This document shows positions 7,908 through 15,846 of a stretch of DNA of 37,977 nt, piece after piece; positions within the stretch are counted from its first letter, which is position 1, and each line of letters opens with the position of its first letter. A program made the position numbers and the translations under genes. The DNA comes from a virus. Below the pieces are notes generated by a model that worked only from the letters and a program-made list of their open reading frames with translations, did not search any database and was not told where the DNA came from. The DNA lies in the IMG/VR virus record IMGVR_UViG_3300035527_000323, positions 1 to 37,977 of that record. One strand, written 5' to 3'.

Positions 7908-8179
7908 GATGACTCCTTGTTCTCGTTCCGGGTTGCCACCCGCTTTAAAATCAGGTATCCCAGCAAATCCAGTTCCGCGTCTTCCATGTCATCGTCCTGG
8001 GCAGAGCGAAGCCGGGACAGCTTGTCATCGATCCGGACATTGATCTGTTCAACCGGGGCAGCGCTGGAGAAGATCCGCAAAGGGCTTATGGCTGAATTCC
8101 CGTACTTTCTATTTTTCTCCAGCAGCATATCCATGACTTTTTTGCACTCCTCCTTGATCATTTGCTGTGTGGTGTCCAT
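7904..8179 (-). CDS. DUF1599 / MazG-like helical domain protein (nucleotide-modification-associated domain 1 type), tentative
   Basis: The pattern LEKNRKYGNS...RIDDKLSRL...DLLGYLIL resembles the KNxDYG...R..DK..R...D..GY signature. Confidence 0.4.
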   Translation of the reverse strand: MDTTQQMIKEECKKVMDMLLEKNRKYGNSAISPLRIFSSAAPVEQINVRIDDKLSRLRSAQDDDMEDAELDLLGYLILKRVATRNENKESS

Positions 8180-8391
8180 TATTTTTTCTCCCCATAATCG
8201 ATTCCAGAAAATACCGGTTCCTTAAATTGATGAAACGGCCGGGACGGATTCTCCAGGCAGGTGCGCATGGCTTTGACATCCAGCCGGCATCCATAGCCGT
8301 CGGCAAACCAGGGCGCATATATATTTTTTGCGCAGTTTGCACACACCCTTTTGTCATTTGAAATGATTGGTGCATTCGGATCTGCAATCAT
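8179..8391 (-). CDS. Hypothetical protein (70 aa)
   Basis: In-operon ORF with a CANC motif. Confidence 0.45.
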   Translation of the reverse strand: MIADPNAPIISNDKRVCANCAKNIYAPWFADGYGCRLDVKAMRTCLENPSRPFHQFKEPVFSGIDYGEKK

Positions 8392-8606
8392 TTTCCGGTC
8401 ACCTCCTTTAAAAGTTTTCGTGCGGCGTCTCCCCGGTCCAGCAGGGTCAGGTCCCGCCAGTCTGTCTTGGCGTAAAACTTCAGCGCGTCCACCAGTTTTT
8501 TATTTTGCGCGGTACACTCTTTGATTGTCATTTTTATTTCGTCATAGACTACCTGGTATTCAGATTGAGATTCAGATGACAGATTTAAATTTTCGGCAGT
8601 ACTCAT
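8388..8606 (-). CDS. Hypothetical protein (72 aa)
   Basis: In-operon ORF directly downstream of the replication gene. Confidence 0.5.
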   Translation of the reverse strand: MSTAENLNLSSESQSEYQVVYDEIKMTIKECTAQNKKLVDALKFYAKTDWRDLTLLDRGDAARKLLKEVTGK

Positions 8607-8644
8607 TTTTTTTTCTTCTCCTTTCAGTAAAAATTATTTTGAAA

Positions 8645-11290
8645 TTATTTTTTAAACACCCAGCACTTGACTGTGCGTTTATTGAACCGGTCCCACACGG
8701 CCCGGTTTTTATCCACGAGCTTGTATCGCTTGGAATTGCTCAGATGTTTTTTCAACAAAGACATGTCAGGCACTTCCTGTTGATGATACACACACATGGC
8801 CCGGTAATGGTTCAGGCTGACCGCGATGTACCGGTCATCGGTGGAAAGATCCATGCCGCCTTCTTTTTCATCGTTGATGTAGTGAAATGTTTCCCAGAAC
8901 TTTTCCACGGTGGGATGATCAGCCGCCAGTTTTTCCTGCCGGGCCTTGGCCCGGTTGCCCAGGTAGCAGATGAAATCATGGATTGTGTCATTGGGCAGAT
9001 CCGGAAAAATCACCTGCATGGCATGGGCCAGGGCCGCCAGCTGGGAATGGGTTTTGATGATCCGCTGGTGCCGGATCCCGCCCTCGGCAAAGAACGGTTC
9101 CATTTTTTTGAATTCTCTGAAAAACACAGACAGGATCTTTTTTTCGTTCTGCAACACTTTCCACAAAAACCCGCCCACGTCCTCGCTGCTCTGGCGCTCG
9201 AACCACCTGGCGATCTCCAGGGTGCCGGGGCCGTGGTGTTTTTTGTCGGCATGGCAGTGGACGATCCGCTCCAGCAGTGCCGTGCCGCCTTCCACCTCCG
9301 CGTTCTGGGAAATCACCAGGCTGGCCTTGAACAACTGTTCGTCCACGTCGTTGCCGCGGGAGGCCACGCCCAGGGTTCCGGTGGCCCGGCCATTGTAAAA
9401 AGGCTTCCACTCTTCAAAATTAAAACTTTTCCCCCGCTTGATCTCTGCATTGTCCGGCTGATCCCGGTCCGACTCGATGATGACAATGGGCAGATTGGAC
9501 ACCTGGGAGAATGCCCGGCGCCGGCCGGCCTGTGTGGCCTTGATGATATCGAACCCCTCGTAATCATCCCGGCCCAAAAGCTTCCAGCAGAATTCCAGGA
9601 CCGTGGATTTTCCGGCCCCGGGTTCCCCGGTGAACTCAAGGAATGGAAATGATTTCAGTTTGGACCGGATCTGCTGGGCAAACAGGCTGCCCATGAAATA
9701 CGCCAGCACAGCCAGACCCTGGAAATGAAACGCCCGCACATACTGGTTGATCCACTTGGGGTCGAACTCCCCGTCCGTGACCATGTGAATCCCGGACAGG
9801 CTGGACTTGATCCCCTGTTTTCCCAGCTGGAAATATCCCTGCTCATTGATCGGGACCTTGCGGCCCTGCTGAAATGCATTGTCATGAAATATCCAGGCAT
9901 TGCAGTTGTCTTCATATCCGATGTAGGGAATGGACTGCACTTCCAGCATGCGGCCGTCCAGCCATTGCCGGCAAAGAATCCCGAAATCCCGGTTGTCTCC
10001 GGTGTACCGGCCCCCGTTGGTCTGGTTGAGAAGCGATTTGTTGAATGCTTCGCCCGTGGCCAAAGAGGTGCCGTCCACAGACATCAGCTTGGACGGGGTC
10101 CCGTTCTTGTACCGGATCCGGAACAGGTACCGCTGCTCATTGATGAGAATATCTTTTTCTATGTATAGAAATTCCGGGGCCACATTGCAGATCATGTCCA
10201 CGGTGCAGGATGACCGGAACCGCTCCAGCCCTTCGGGTGAATCCAGCAGCACGCCCTCCTCCTGGAGTTCCGTGGAAAATTTGGAATCCACTTTGGCGGA
10301 ATAAATGGCATTGCCGAACTCCACCACATGCCGCCGCCGGGTGGGGTACCGGCAGAACACATGCCAGACCTTTTCCCCCACCGTGGCTGAGGCAAACAGT
10401 TTGCCCTGGTAAAAGCATTCGGTGATCAGGTCATCAGTGAGCCGGTTTTCGGCCCACAGGTCATCCCAGTCTTTGCGGCCGTCCGGCAGCAGACAGACCT
10501 TGGCCTCTTCGCCCAGGGCCCGGATCATGGGCAGGTGTTTTTTCATGTACTTGCGCCCGGCCACATCGCCGTCATACGCCAGGACCCAGGTGATATCTTT
10601 GCCTTTGTTTTGAGTGATGAACGTGTCACAGAAATTGGAACAGGAGATCGATGCCGCTGCCTTGTGCCCGGCGTGGATCAGGGCGATGGCATGGAAAATC
10701 CCCTCTGTGATAAAACAGGTATCTCCTTTTTTCAGCTTCTGGTTCGGCGGTGTCCAGGCATCCCCTTTGAACATGGACCCGTCCGGTTTGCGCTTGCCGC
10801 CCACATGGGCTTTCTGGCCGTCCGCCTTGGTCTTGCCGATAAGCCGTTCCCAGAACCGTGTCCGCTCCGGGTCCAGGTAAAACCGGGCCGTGGGAACCAT
10901 TTCCCCGGATCCGTTCAGCTGGTGTCCCTCCTGGTCATAAAACATCTGGCATTTGGACAGCATAAAACCGCGGTCTTCTACCATGTACGCATCGGCCGTG
11001 GCTTTGGGGTTTTCCGGTGTGGGCGGGAATCGCTGGGCATAGTTTTCATACAGATGGGGCAGCAGATCCTTGGCCGTGAAGCTGGACCCGCATTTGTTCT
11101 CCCGGCCGCAGGCGATCCGCCAGGGCGCGGACTTTCTCACATACAATTCTTTTTTCCCGCAGTCCGGACAGATCCCGCCGCGCAGGTATCCGCTCTTTTC
11201 ATAAAAATGAAACCGGGGGTCTGACAACAGCGCCCGGACAATTTCATCAGCCCGGGCGCTGTCAGTGCAGGTGGTATCAGTTTGTGGCAT
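8645..11290 (-). CDS. Replication protein: zinc-ribbon, Toprim primase and P-loop helicase fusion (P4 alpha-like architecture)
   Basis: 881 aa with a GGAGG RBS. CPDCGKKE...CGRENKCG zinc ribbon. Toprim-like CFITEG and LAYDGDVAGRKY. Walker A GEPGAGKST and Walker B-like PIVIIESD. Confidence 0.8.
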   Translation of the reverse strand: MPQTDTTCTDSARADEIVRALLSDPRFHFYEKSGYLRGGICPDCGKKELYVRKSAPWRIACGRENKCGSSFTAKDLLPHLYENYAQRFPPTPENPKATADAYMVEDRGFMLSKCQMFYDQEGHQLNGSGEMVPTARFYLDPERTRFWERLIGKTKADGQKAHVGGKRKPDGSMFKGDAWTPPNQKLKKGDTCFITEGIFHAIALIHAGHKAAASISCSNFCDTFITQNKGKDITWVLAYDGDVAGRKYMKKHLPMIRALGEEAKVCLLPDGRKDWDDLWAENRLTDDLITECFYQGKLFASATVGEKVWHVFCRYPTRRRHVVEFGNAIYSAKVDSKFSTELQEEGVLLDSPEGLERFRSSCTVDMICNVAPEFLYIEKDILINEQRYLFRIRYKNGTPSKLMSVDGTSLATGEAFNKSLLNQTNGGRYTGDNRDFGILCRQWLDGRMLEVQSIPYIGYEDNCNAWIFHDNAFQQGRKVPINEQGYFQLGKQGIKSSLSGIHMVTDGEFDPKWINQYVRAFHFQGLAVLAYFMGSLFAQQIRSKLKSFPFLEFTGEPGAGKSTVLEFCWKLLGRDDYEGFDIIKATQAGRRRAFSQVSNLPIVIIESDRDQPDNAEIKRGKSFNFEEWKPFYNGRATGTLGVASRGNDVDEQLFKASLVISQNAEVEGGTALLERIVHCHADKKHHGPGTLEIARWFERQSSEDVGGFLWKVLQNEKKILSVFFREFKKMEPFFAEGGIRHQRIIKTHSQLAALAHAMQVIFPDLPNDTIHDFICYLGNRAKARQEKLAADHPTVEKFWETFHYINDEKEGGMDLSTDDRYIAVSLNHYRAMCVYHQQEVPDMSLLKKHLSNSKRYKLVDKNRAVWDRFNKRTVKCWVFKK

Positions 11291-11379
11291 AGTGCCTCCG
11301 GTTGTCTGTGTTGGTATGGTTAAGGCCGGTACCTGCGGATCTCACCCCGGCAGATACCGGCCGTGTCACCGGCCCGGGA

Positions 11380-11862
11380 TTATTCCCGATTTTGCCGGTG
11401 GTCCTTGCAGGCCTGGATGGCCAGGTACAACCCGGCAAACGCTTCCAGTGCATCCCAGGTTTCTTTTTCACACCGCTCCAGCTCGCCCGAACTCATGTGT
11501 CCGTCCAAAATGGCATCGGCCAGGCGGGCAACCGCTTCGCCGGATTCCTTGGCAATGGTGGCACAAAACGCCACCCAGCTTTTGTCGGTCAGTTCTTCCG
11601 CCGGCCTGGGCACCGGCAGGGTGATGCGGTCGAACGCCTGGTTGACCGCGCACAGGCTGGACAGGTCTCCGGTCTCCTGCAGCACCACCAGCCAGTCCAA
11701 AAGCCCCAGCTTGTTGGTGCGCCGGCCAATGGAGTTGGGGTCCACATCCGCATAAAGGGTTTGGGGCCGGACCGCCAGCCGGTCAGCCAGGGCCTTGACC
11801 CCATGACGTTTGACAGTAGTCTGGACAATGCCAAGCACATCGATTTGATTATCCGTGTACAT
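11380..11862 (-). CDS. Phage CII-like regulatory protein (186 CII / CP76 type), tentative
   Basis: The ATG at 11862 has a GGAGG RBS; the track start at 11910 is upstream. It is 160 aa, and its position upstream of the replication gene resembles 186-type early operons. Confidence 0.4.
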   Translation of the reverse strand: MYTDNQIDVLGIVQTTVKRHGVKALADRLAVRPQTLYADVDPNSIGRRTNKLGLLDWLVVLQETGDLSSLCAVNQAFDRITLPVPRPAEELTDKSWVAFCATIAKESGEAVARLADAILDGHMSSGELERCEKETWDALEAFAGLYLAIQACKDHRQNRE

Positions 11863-11880
11863 GAAATAACCTCCGTGAAT

Positions 11881-11907
11881 CCTGTTTTTCATGAAAAAGA
11901 AAACAGG
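11881..11907. promoter_or_regulatory. 8-bp stem hairpin or palindrome (cctgtttt-N11-aaaacagg) in a divergent intergenic region
   Basis: Read directly, between the CII-like gene (-) and the 118-aa gene (+). Confidence 0.4.
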
Positions 11908-11998
11908 CAAAAATAATAATAGGTTGAAGTGAAATGAAAAAAGGTGTTAAGTAAAACCGGTTCCGAAGCATTAACAAACAACCACAAGGAGCGGGCAC

Positions 11999-12355
11999 AT
12001 GGAAAAATTTGCGACAATGACCCGGGCAAACAAACCGGCTCAGGTAGGCTGGGAAGAACATTGCCTGGAAAAAAAGATTCCGTGCGTGATCATCTTCAAG
12101 CACAAAAACGGCCTGGCGGAAGTGTCCTGGAATAGTGGCAGCTATGACGAAGCCGGCCAGGATGCCCTGGAGCGAAACCGGGATGAGCTGCTTGCAGATT
12201 TTAAAGAAATCAAGCGCATGTACGCCACGCCAAAATCTGAAGTCAAATTCAACATTTGCATGTTTAATGCAACCGATATCCATTTTGAAGACGCTCCCAA
12301 AATGGCGGAAGAGGTATTTGAAACAGTCAACGCCATGGTTCGGCACCGGAAGTAG
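11999..12355 (+). CDS. Hypothetical 118-aa protein, the only plus-strand gene embedded in the minus-strand early operon
   Basis: AAGGAG RBS 7 nt upstream of the ATG, plausible composition, and followed by a GC hairpin. Confidence 0.6.
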   Translation: MEKFATMTRANKPAQVGWEEHCLEKKIPCVIIFKHKNGLAEVSWNSGSYDEAGQDALERNRDELLADFKEIKRMYATPKSEVKFNICMFNATDIHFEDAPKMAEEVFETVNAMVRHRK

Positions 12356-12360
12356 TGCAG

Positions 12361-12387
12361 ACGGGCGCGGCCGGTCACCGCGCCCGT
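12361..12387. terminator. GC-rich hairpin (10-bp stem ACGGGCGCGG / CCGCGCCCGT) between convergent genes
   Basis: Read directly. It is followed by TTCC on the + strand, so the U-tract is weak. Confidence 0.5.
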
Positions 12388-12399
12388 TTCCTGCGTCGA

Positions 12400-13314
12400 T
12401 TAGAACTGGCATTGATCCTCACACACAATAGCCCGGCCCGCCAGGTATCGGGTGTAAAGAAACAGGGTGTCCTCATCGAGTTCAGGGAAAAGGATGCGCA
12501 GCGCATACCCGGCCGCCACCATCTGGGTGTGGGTTTTGCAGACCCGTTCATGCTCCACCCCATAATTGTGCATCAGGCCGCCCGTGCACATTTCGTTGTA
12601 CACATCCATGTATGCGGCCAAGATCAGATCTTTTTGCCGCAGGGCATGCAGAATAAAACCGCCCAGCTCATCCCGGGTCATCTCTTCCAGAAGTGCCAAG
12701 GCACCCCTGTGCTGGCACCGGGGCAGCCGGCAATGGATCACCCGCTCATAAAAAGCGATCGAACCCAGTGTTTTTTTCTCCCCGGCAATCATCAGGGTGC
12801 CTTTGAACAGCTGGTTGCCATACTCTATATCTTCCTGCGTCATGCCCGCAAAGCCCAGGCTGCCGGTGGACCGCCCATTGTAAAAAGGCTTCAGGTATTC
12901 AAAATTGGGTTCCAGCCGTTTCGGATCCTTGAAAAAAACCAAAGGCATGCTGTCCAGATCCATGACGTGATCCCTGAGCTGATTATTGGTCAGGTCCGAA
13001 GCGTTTTTCCATTCGCCTTCGGCATATCCCAGCAGCTTCCACAAAAAGTTGACCAGGACACTTTTGCCGGATTCCGGCCGCCCGGTGATCTCCAGGAATG
13101 GAAATGTTTTCAGCTCCGCCCGGATATCATTCACCATGAGGCTGCACATGGTCCAGGACAGTGCGGCCAGGCCGGGATATCCGAACGCGGTCATGAAATC
13201 GGGCATCCACAAGGGGCAATACGTGTCGGTCTCTTGGCCCTGGGCACGGGCACGGTCAAACCTCGGGGTGTCGGGAAACTGGGCGATGGTGGTCTGGGGT
13301 TTGTTCTGGTTCAT
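12400..13314 (-). CDS. Stand-alone paralog of the helicase/ATPase domain of the 881-aa replication protein
   Basis: LKTFPFLEITGRPESGKSVLVNFLWKLLG...YLKPFYNGRSTGSLG...FYERVIHC...VCKTHTQMVAAGYALRILFPEL aligns with LKSFPFLEFTGEPGAGKSTVLEFCWKLLG...EWKPFYNGRATGTLG...LLERIVHC...IIKTHSQLAALAHAMQVIFPDL. Walker A GxxxxGKS is retained. Confidence 0.75.
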   Translation of the reverse strand: MNQNKPQTTIAQFPDTPRFDRARAQGQETDTYCPLWMPDFMTAFGYPGLAALSWTMCSLMVNDIRAELKTFPFLEITGRPESGKSVLVNFLWKLLGYAEGEWKNASDLTNNQLRDHVMDLDSMPLVFFKDPKRLEPNFEYLKPFYNGRSTGSLGFAGMTQEDIEYGNQLFKGTLMIAGEKKTLGSIAFYERVIHCRLPRCQHRGALALLEEMTRDELGGFILHALRQKDLILAAYMDVYNEMCTGGLMHNYGVEHERVCKTHTQMVAAGYALRILFPELDEDTLFLYTRYLAGRAIVCEDQCQF

Positions 13315-13355
13315 GATAAAACTCCTTTTTAAATAAATGTTAATGTGATATGGGT

Positions 13356-13622
13356 TTACTGGTTAACGTTCAGGGGGCAGTCCGGACAGGGCCGGGTCGG
13401 TTCCGGTTTCGGCCGGATCTCGAACACCTGTTCCGGTTCTTTGCCCAGGGCGCCGGCAATTTCAGCCATGACACGCTGGCTGACCGCACGGCCGTGCACC
13501 ACGGCGTTGACCATGACACGGGACACCTCGCACCGGCGGGCAATCTCCGCCTGGGACATGCCGGCGGCCACCAGCCCCTGCTTGATTTCATCCGGGGTCA
13601 TCGGAAAAGTTTGGGTTTGCAT
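13356..13622 (-). CDS. Ner-like HTH DNA-binding protein (Cro-equivalent, first gene of the early operon)
   Basis: The ATG at 13622 has an AAGGAG RBS. IKQGLVAAGMSQAEIARRCEVSRVMVNAVV...RVMAEIAGALGKEPEQVF parallels the Mu Ner / Nlp layout. It is divergent from the CI-like gene. Confidence 0.65.
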   Translation of the reverse strand: MQTQTFPMTPDEIKQGLVAAGMSQAEIARRCEVSRVMVNAVVHGRAVSQRVMAEIAGALGKEPEQVFEIRPKPEPTRPCPDCPLNVNQ

Positions 13623-13678
13623 GTTGTTCTCCTTTATGTTGTGGTTTGGGTTGATTGTTAAGCTAACCTTATGAGGTT

Positions 13679-13707
13679 GATTTACATACATAGCGATGTT
13701 TAGTCAA
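13679..13707 (-). promoter_or_regulatory. Candidate early (lytic) promoter: -35 TTGACT, 17-nt spacer, -10 TAAATC
   Basis: Minus strand reads TTGACTaaacatcgctatgtatgTAAATC. The spacer coincides with operator repeat 1. Confidence 0.45.
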
Positions 13708-13734
13708 GAAAAAAATACATAAATAGCGATATTT
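13683..13734. promoter_or_regulatory. Two 19-bp direct repeats, TACATACATAGCGATGTTT (13683-13701) and TACATAAATAGCGATATTT (13716-13734): candidate operators of the lysis/lysogeny switch
   Basis: 17/19 identity and a 33-bp period. A third ATAGCGATATTT copy lies at 13899-13910, inside the repressor gene. Confidence 0.6.
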
Positions 13735-13738
13735 TTTT

Positions 13739-14230
13739 ATGGAATTTAAAGATAAATTCAAAAATCTCAGAAAATCAAATGGTTATACTCAAGGCCAATT
13801 TGCCAAAATGCTTGGACTTACCCAGCAAGGCATTTCTGAAATCGAAAGCGGAAAAAAAAATCCTTCCAAAACACTCTTGGCTTTTTTGAAATACCGCTAT
13901 AGCGATATTTTTGAAAATGAAAGTGACACGGATACCCAGCCGCATGAAAATAAAAAAATCAACGAGGCAGTGATTGAACATCAAAATGTTATCAAACAGT
14001 TTTATGACCCTGAGCAGGGATTGCGGATAAATAAACTTTTAATAGACATACAAAAAACGAGTAGCGAATTATTCAATAAAGTGGAGGGTTACATCTGCGG
14101 TGTTCATGAAGCCGCTAAAATTCTCAGGCCTGCCAATCAAAATTCTGAAAAATCTGGAAAGGATACAGGCAGCAATGATCAGGAATCATGGGCGGAGGGG
14201 GAAGCAAAAAAGGAAACAAACAGCCGGTAA
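13739..14230 (+). CDS. XRE-family HTH repressor (CI-like)
   Basis: The N-terminal LRKSNGYTQGQFAKMLGLTQQGISEIESGKKNPS is a classic HTH_3 motif. The gene is divergent from the Ner-like gene. No SD precedes the ATG, so the transcript may be leaderless or nearly so. Confidence 0.8.
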   Translation: MEFKDKFKNLRKSNGYTQGQFAKMLGLTQQGISEIESGKKNPSKTLLAFLKYRYSDIFENESDTDTQPHENKKINEAVIEHQNVIKQFYDPEQGLRINKLLIDIQKTSSELFNKVEGYICGVHEAAKILRPANQNSEKSGKDTGSNDQESWAEGEAKKETNSR

Positions 14231-14309
14231 TATCTTATTTCATTTTTGAAAATTGTACCGGAACTGTTATTGTTACCGACAGCAATAATAATTAAACCGG
14301 GAGAATCCT

Positions 14310-15320
14310 ATGTCTGAAAAACTTGTCAAATGTAAATCCTGTGAAAAAGAAATATCCACCGACGCAAAGTCATGCCCCCACTGCGGTGACCCAGATCCAA
14401 CATCCGCGGCTAAAAAAAATCTTAAAAGCTGCTTAGGATGTTTTGCCGTGCTTGTCATCGGTTCGATGATATTCGCAACAATAATGGTTTTAATCGATGA
14501 AAGCAAAAATAAAACTATTTCTCCGGACACAATAATTCTTGTCAGTGCATTAGAAAGCAATGAAACAGTCTCTGTTTATCTAGGCGGAGATCAGAAAAAC
14601 CATATCGATATAGCGTTAAAGGTAAAAAATATAAAAGAAGGTGTTGCGCTAAGATCTGAAATCGGCAGTCTCTCAGACGGATTAGACGCCTCTGCTCATT
14701 GGAAAAATGCACTTTATTTTTTATCATCAAAATATCCCACCTTTGTGACCTTCAAAATAATTTCCATTGATATGGAAAATCAAATTTCCGTGGTTCAGGT
14801 TTCTGGGAAACTGGTTGATCCGAACAATGAGAAATACCTTGAGTTCAAAGAAACATCATTTGAAATAACCGGAGATTTTTTCAAAGAATTCACAAAATCT
14901 TTGAAAAATGAAATCACTGAAATAACCCCGAGGCAAATAAGAGATCTTGAGCAGGAATATGGCAAATATCTTTTTATGCAAAAAAAAGCCATTGTCATTG
15001 CTTTCGATAAGTGCAGGCCGGATGGTTACAAAAAATTTGCACAGTACAAGATTAATAAATGGCTTCCAGTTGTTACCAAGACCAACGATCTTTTCCGTGC
15101 GGATTTTGAAAAATATGGTTTTGTTCGTTTAAAGCCTGAATTTGAAAAAATTAGATCGATCTATAGCGCCATGAGTGATTTGAATTCTGTTTCAATACAA
15201 ATGCAGTCATTTTTAAAAAATCAAAATACTGAATCTTTAGAGTTTATCAACGGCAAACTCGCAGAAATATCAAGGTTAGCAGATCAATATGCAGACCTGC
15301 AAGCATCTGAAATAAATTAA
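14310..15320 (+). CDS. Zinc-ribbon protein with a single-pass membrane segment and a large C-terminal domain; moron, function unknown
   Basis: CKSCEKEISTDAKSCPHCG zinc ribbon, TM segment CLGCFAVLVIGSMIFATIMVLI, very low GC, GGGAGA RBS. It lies immediately downstream of the repressor on the lysogenic strand. Confidence 0.7.
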   Translation: MSEKLVKCKSCEKEISTDAKSCPHCGDPDPTSAAKKNLKSCLGCFAVLVIGSMIFATIMVLIDESKNKTISPDTIILVSALESNETVSVYLGGDQKNHIDIALKVKNIKEGVALRSEIGSLSDGLDASAHWKNALYFLSSKYPTFVTFKIISIDMENQISVVQVSGKLVDPNNEKYLEFKETSFEITGDFFKEFTKSLKNEITEITPRQIRDLEQEYGKYLFMQKKAIVIAFDKCRPDGYKKFAQYKINKWLPVVTKTNDLFRADFEKYGFVRLKPEFEKIRSIYSAMSDLNSVSIQMQSFLKNQNTESLEFINGKLAEISRLADQYADLQASEIN

Positions 15321-15328
15321 TTATGTGA

Positions 15329-15358
15329 TTGACAGGGCATCTTTTTTTATATACGTTC
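15329..15358 (+). promoter_or_regulatory. Candidate promoter (perfect -35 TTGACA with an AT-rich TATATAC region downstream)
   Basis: TTGACAgggcatctttttttatatacg, read directly. The exact -10 is ambiguous. Confidence 0.35.
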
Positions 15359-15384
15359 CAATCATCTCACCCCGGCAGATATCG

Positions 15385-15413
15385 GCCCATTACCATAATC
15401 GGAATGGGCTTTT
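15385..15413 (+). terminator. Hairpin plus T-run (GCCCATT-N11-AATGGGC-TTTT): terminator of the 14310 gene or a leader attenuator of the next gene
   Basis: Read directly. It lies between the TTGACA box and the RBS of the 15446 gene. Confidence 0.45.
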
Positions 15414-15445
15414 CGAGCTCCTTCCGCAAAAGAGGGGGAGATACC

Positions 15446-15718
15446 ATGCTGCAAAAAACAAGACAGACCCTGCCGGTCGATGAAATCAAACACCTGCTCG
15501 ATGAAGGTATGCGCCAGATCGATGTGGCGGCACTCTACAATGTCACACAGAGCGCCATCTCGCGCCTTGTTTCAAAGCCCCGGGTTGCGGAAAATAAATC
15601 TCAAAATATCCGGATGTGCTCATGCTGTGGGTCCCGTCCGCTTGCAAAAGGAAATTGGTTCCTTTGTGAGATCTGCTACAGCCGCGAAACAACCGAAGAG
15701 CACCCAGTGCGGGTGTGA
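15446..15718 (+). CDS. Small HTH plus zinc-ribbon protein (90 aa), putative regulator
   Basis: The ATG at 15446 has a GAGGGGGAG RBS. IDVAALYNVTQSAISRLV is HTH-like. The C-terminal CSCCGS...CEIC is a Cys4 ribbon. The upstream part of track ORF 15329.. has no coding character. Confidence 0.6.
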   Translation: MLQKTRQTLPVDEIKHLLDEGMRQIDVAALYNVTQSAISRLVSKPRVAENKSQNIRMCSCCGSRPLAKGNWFLCEICYSRETTEEHPVRV

Positions 15719-15806
15719 TCCGCTGATGCCTGCTGCCGGTCGAACCGGGTGGCCACCGGAGCGCCGGCAGCGCATATTTCCGTGAGACAAAAAAAATAAA
15801 AAACAA

Positions 15807-15845
15807 CCAGGTCCTTTGTCCAACAAGGGCCTTGGCCTTTTTCCT
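15807..15845 (+). terminator. Rho-independent terminator of the plus-strand lysogeny/moron unit
   Basis: CCAGGTCCTTTG-tcca-CAAGGGCCTTGG (12-bp stem with one mismatch and two G:U pairs) followed by CCTTTTTCC. Confidence 0.5.
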
Positions 15846-15846
15846 G

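Noticed and set aside
8525-9652. 375-aa plus-strand ORF antisense to the replication gene, along with similar long antisense ORFs at 9725..10168, 10535..11224 and 11302..11916
   Set aside because: These are mirror-frame ORFs inside a GC-rich, clearly homologous minus-strand gene. Their composition is His/Pro/Gly/Arg-rich and there is no RBS. They are typical high-GC shadow ORFs.
12355-13332. 325-aa plus-strand ORF antisense to the helicase paralog
   Set aside because: It is a shadow ORF of a gene with clear paralogy on the other strand. Its sequence is low-complexity and Pro/Gly/His-rich.
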